A DNA stretch of 64,000 bases from positions 12,984 through 76,983 of IMG/VR virus record IMGVR_UViG_3300013285_000009; one strand, 5' to 3'. The notes under the pieces were generated by a model, which saw only the letters and a program-made list of their open reading frames with translations, ran no database searches and was not told the DNA's origin. The position numbers and the translations under genes are program-made. The DNA is from a virus. Lineage: Duplodnaviria; Heunggongvirae; Uroviricota; Caudoviricetes. Positions within the stretch are counted from its first letter, which is position 1; the number at the start of each line of letters is the position of its first letter. Positions 61,462-64,000 of this stretch are shown piece by piece.

Positions 61462-61909
61462 TATTTTCTTTCGTTAATTGGTATACTAGCATGAAATGCT
61501 CATACGCTTTTTTTACTGCAGGTACTGACAGCATTTTGTCTGCTTCTTCCTGCATTGCTACTACTGCTGCATCAGCCGCATCTTGTGCTGCGGGCCAGGT
61601 CAGTTGATAAATTTCATCACCAAACTCCATGGCCAATTTATGCCATGCATCACGCTGACCTTGAGTAAGTGGCGTACTACTTGGGCGCATACTGAGCGAG
61701 CCGCGTATAGAGGTAATAACGGCATCCTTGCCGTAACGCCCTGCTGCAATCATAGGTGCAAATGCAGGCTCAACTTTCTGACGGCTTGATCCATTCTCGT
61801 AAATGGATAGCAAGTGATCACCGTAACCTAGACTTGATGAAAAATCATTATCGTATTCAGATACAGGCAAGTACTTGCGGCCAACTTTTTCGTAGAAGAT
61901 TTTCTTCAT
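61448..61909 (-). CDS. hypothetical protein
   Basis: 153 aa. Confidence 0.4.
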   Translation of the reverse strand: MKKIFYEKVGRKYLPVSEYDNDFSSSLGYGDHLLSIYENGSSRQKVEPAFAPMIAAGRYGKDAVITSIRGSLSMRPSSTPLTQGQRDAWHKLAMEFGDEIYQLTWPAAQDAADAAVVAMQEEADKMLSVPAVKKAYEHFMLVYQLTKENNDTN

Positions 61910-61994
61910 ATTTGTTCCTATTTAATATAGCTAATCATCATCAGATAAATGTATGAATCTATTTATTACACAAATACCGAGCGACACTAAGTAT

Positions 61995-62840
61995 TCAAGT
62001 CCATAAGCTATCCCTCGCACGTACCAGTCTGATCATCATAGCTTCATCTTCATCGGCATATGCTTTTTCGATTTTGCTAGATAATGCTAATGCTTTCTTG
62101 GTTTCCTTCTTCTCAGCCGGAGTACGGTCATTCCACATGAAGCCATCTTCTTTGTGAGTTTCGCGGCGTGATTCGCAAATGGCACTCCATCCACTCACAT
62201 CATATGCATCAGGACGATTAGGATATACTTGTGTCCACCAGATGTAAAGTTCTTTAAGTTCTTTAGCACGAAGGGCTTGTCCGGTAGGTTTACCGAAGTT
62301 TTTGTCATCTTTGCTGATACCAAAGTCTTCGCCCATTGTCAATGTCATTGCCCAATCAAGATGATCTAATCCTGCTTGTGCGCTACGCCATGATCGCCAG
62401 CGGAACCAACCTGTTGCCCAGAACGGAGCTTCATATTTTGCACGATCTTCCTTGTTGCCCCATGCAATATGACTCCACGCTGATTCAACTTCGATGAAAT
62501 CTACGAGTTCATTAAATAAGCAAGGTAAAAACCGATTACCAACATCACACCACTTACCGGGTGTAATATCACGATGGTGAGCAGTAAGAGAATGAGTGCG
62601 AGTAACGTAGCGATTATTAATATAATACTTGAGGTCATGGATTTTCCTAATGGGATATGTCACAAAGTCTTGAACATTACCGAGCCCCTCTTCAACAATC
62701 CAATAACGAATGGGATTCGATGCTACAGCAGCTTTTTCCCATTCGTACCATTCCTTGCTTGTGCCGGCGCCTAATTTACTTGTGCCGCGCAGCCAATCTG
62801 CAAACTTAGAGCAAGACCAGTAGTGTGTATGTTGTGCCAT
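61995..62840 (-). CDS. hypothetical protein
   Basis: 281 aa; Trp-rich. Confidence 0.4.
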   Translation of the reverse strand: MAQHTHYWSCSKFADWLRGTSKLGAGTSKEWYEWEKAAVASNPIRYWIVEEGLGNVQDFVTYPIRKIHDLKYYINNRYVTRTHSLTAHHRDITPGKWCDVGNRFLPCLFNELVDFIEVESAWSHIAWGNKEDRAKYEAPFWATGWFRWRSWRSAQAGLDHLDWAMTLTMGEDFGISKDDKNFGKPTGQALRAKELKELYIWWTQVYPNRPDAYDVSGWSAICESRRETHKEDGFMWNDRTPAEKKETKKALALSSKIEKAYADEDEAMMIRLVRARDSLWT

Positions 62841-62906
62841 TGTTATCCTTTAATATACGTATATTATACTATTATTGTTCCAATAGTGCAAGTGAAATGG
62901 GTAAGA

Positions 62907-63476
62907 TTATTTTTCGGATGCTTCTTTGCAAACCGGGCATCTAGTGCTAACCCAACCATCGGCACTACTAGTTTCAGCAGATGCACCGCATTCCTCGCAC
63001 GTGCAACCTGACATTGATTCTGCCATGCGAACCATACCACTAATCTCATCATCACCACCGCTGTAGTAGAAGCGTAGTGTACCAAACTTTTCTTTTACTT
63101 GATTAATCGTAACTTGCGGGCATTCATCAGGAACTTTACGTAGAGGTTCAATAAGCATTTCCTCACATCGTTTTTTAACATAATCTGCGCTAAGATTCTT
63201 GTCACCAAATTCTTCAGCACATAAATCTGCGAACAACTTGGCATTGCCAGTCTTGCCGGCTTCTGCTATTTTGTTGTACTTCGTAGCAGACTCCACTTGA
63301 CGCTCTCGCCAATCAATGTGATGCTGGATATTGGAACACAGTTGATTGATGATGTTATACCAACCATCACCATGTGAGAATCCCCAACACATACAAGTTT
63401 GACTCATTGGAGCATTACGATCCACAAACAGCTTTGGATAAGTGCTGCAAAGATATTCGTCTAGTTCTTGTCTCAT
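62907..63476 (-). CDS. hypothetical protein with C-terminal Cys cluster
   Basis: CTCEECG..CPVCKE putative zinc-ribbon. Confidence 0.4.
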   Translation of the reverse strand: MRQELDEYLCSTYPKLFVDRNAPMSQTCMCWGFSHGDGWYNIINQLCSNIQHHIDWRERQVESATKYNKIAEAGKTGNAKLFADLCAEEFGDKNLSADYVKKRCEEMLIEPLRKVPDECPQVTINQVKEKFGTLRFYYSGGDDEISGMVRMAESMSGCTCEECGASAETSSADGWVSTRCPVCKEASEK

Positions 63477-64000
63477 TATGATTCCTCTGTATTACGTAGC
63501 ACACCAGTGTAAGGTATGTTTAACCATCGGCTGTACATATCTGCTTGTTCGCCGATCTTAGTTAATTCAAACTTACCTGCAAATTTCATCAAATGCAATC
63601 CGACGCTTGGTACTGTAGTAGTGCGGACACCTGCACGAATATGACCATCAGTGCCTTCTTTAACATCATCGGGCTGAGCAGTCAAGTCAATGAGAATACG
63701 ATTACGTTCATAGTCATCACGTACACGATGTTCAACATCATTGTGATCCATCCAACGTTGCAGCATGAGATTATTCCACGAAAATCCTTGCTTTTCTCTG
63801 TCAGCATATGCCTCAGTCAATCCCACTTTATTCTTACTACCTTTAAGGCGCACTCCGGGAAAAGCAGAAAATACATTATCAGTACCATCACCCCGCATGC
63901 ACTTCTCAAAAAGTACAAATTGCGGATCGCCAAGCAACTTAGCTTCACTTACTTTAGTCTTCTTATCAATTACTTTTACTGCTTTGCCCTTGTCATCAAA
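63476..64000 (-). CDS. hypothetical protein, 5'-truncated by the window edge
   Basis: reading frame stays open to position 64000; ORF-track start at 63937 is a TTG. Confidence 0.4.
   Translation of the reverse strand, partial: FDDKGKAVKVIDKKTKVSEAKLLGDPQFVLFEKCMRGDGTDNVFSAFPGVRLKGSKNKVGLTEAYADREKQGFSWNNLMLQRWMDHNDVEHRVRDDYERNRILIDLTAQPDDVKEGTDGHIRAGVRTTTVPSVGLHLMKFAGKFELTKIGEQADMYSRWLNIPYTGVLRNTEES

Noticed and set aside
63476-63937. ORF-track 153-aa gene with start at 63937
   Set aside because: That start is a TTG; the frame stays open to the window edge at 64000, so the gene is 5'-truncated by the window rather than ending at 63937.

Overview
The window reads as a gene-dense stretch (about 95% coding) of a large virulent dsDNA phage of a Gram-negative host, AT-moderate. 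No rRNA, tRNA or CRISPR is visible by eye. Plus-strand genes run from 67 to about 36550 and minus-strand genes from about 36600 to 64000, meeting at a bidirectional terminator near 36565-36592. Two short plus-strand islands interrupt the minus block (42089-43037, and a GIY-YIG endonuclease at 52524-53210). A strongly conserved sigma70-like promoter (TTGACATTAAAT-N-GTTTTGGGTGTATAAT) plus a conserved 5' leader (..TAGAnTCTTAAACAGCAACAAAyAGGA..) occurs more than 30 times on both strands, mostly ahead of small early-type ORFs. Recognisable products include a ClpA-like AAA+ ATPase, a Dps-like ferritin, an Hsp90/GHKL ATPase, an RNA-repair set (Rnl-like ligase, T4-Pnk-like kinase, two Cys-phosphatases), an SPFH protein, a collagen-repeat tail fibre with further fibre genes, ErpA/IscA and a 7Fe ferredoxin, translation factor IF-1, a PBP-type DD-peptidase and a SleB-like wall hydrolase, dCMP deaminase, a 5'-deoxynucleotidase, MazG, a metallophosphoesterase, a macro domain plus DUF2493/SLOG pair, a GNAT, and a NadV plus NatV (NMNAT-Nudix) NAD+ salvage pair flanking an AAA+ ATPase. 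Four free-standing homing endonucleases (three GIY-YIG, one HNH) are present. The most unusual items are an NMNAT-like domain fused to a SpoT/Mesh1-type HD alarmone hydrolase (plus a second stand-alone SAH), and a Pol-beta nucleotidyltransferase fused to an ART-fold (Tpt1/DarT-like) domain. The NadV/NatV content is reminiscent of KVP40-type schizoT4 phages, but I cannot confirm this without a database search.
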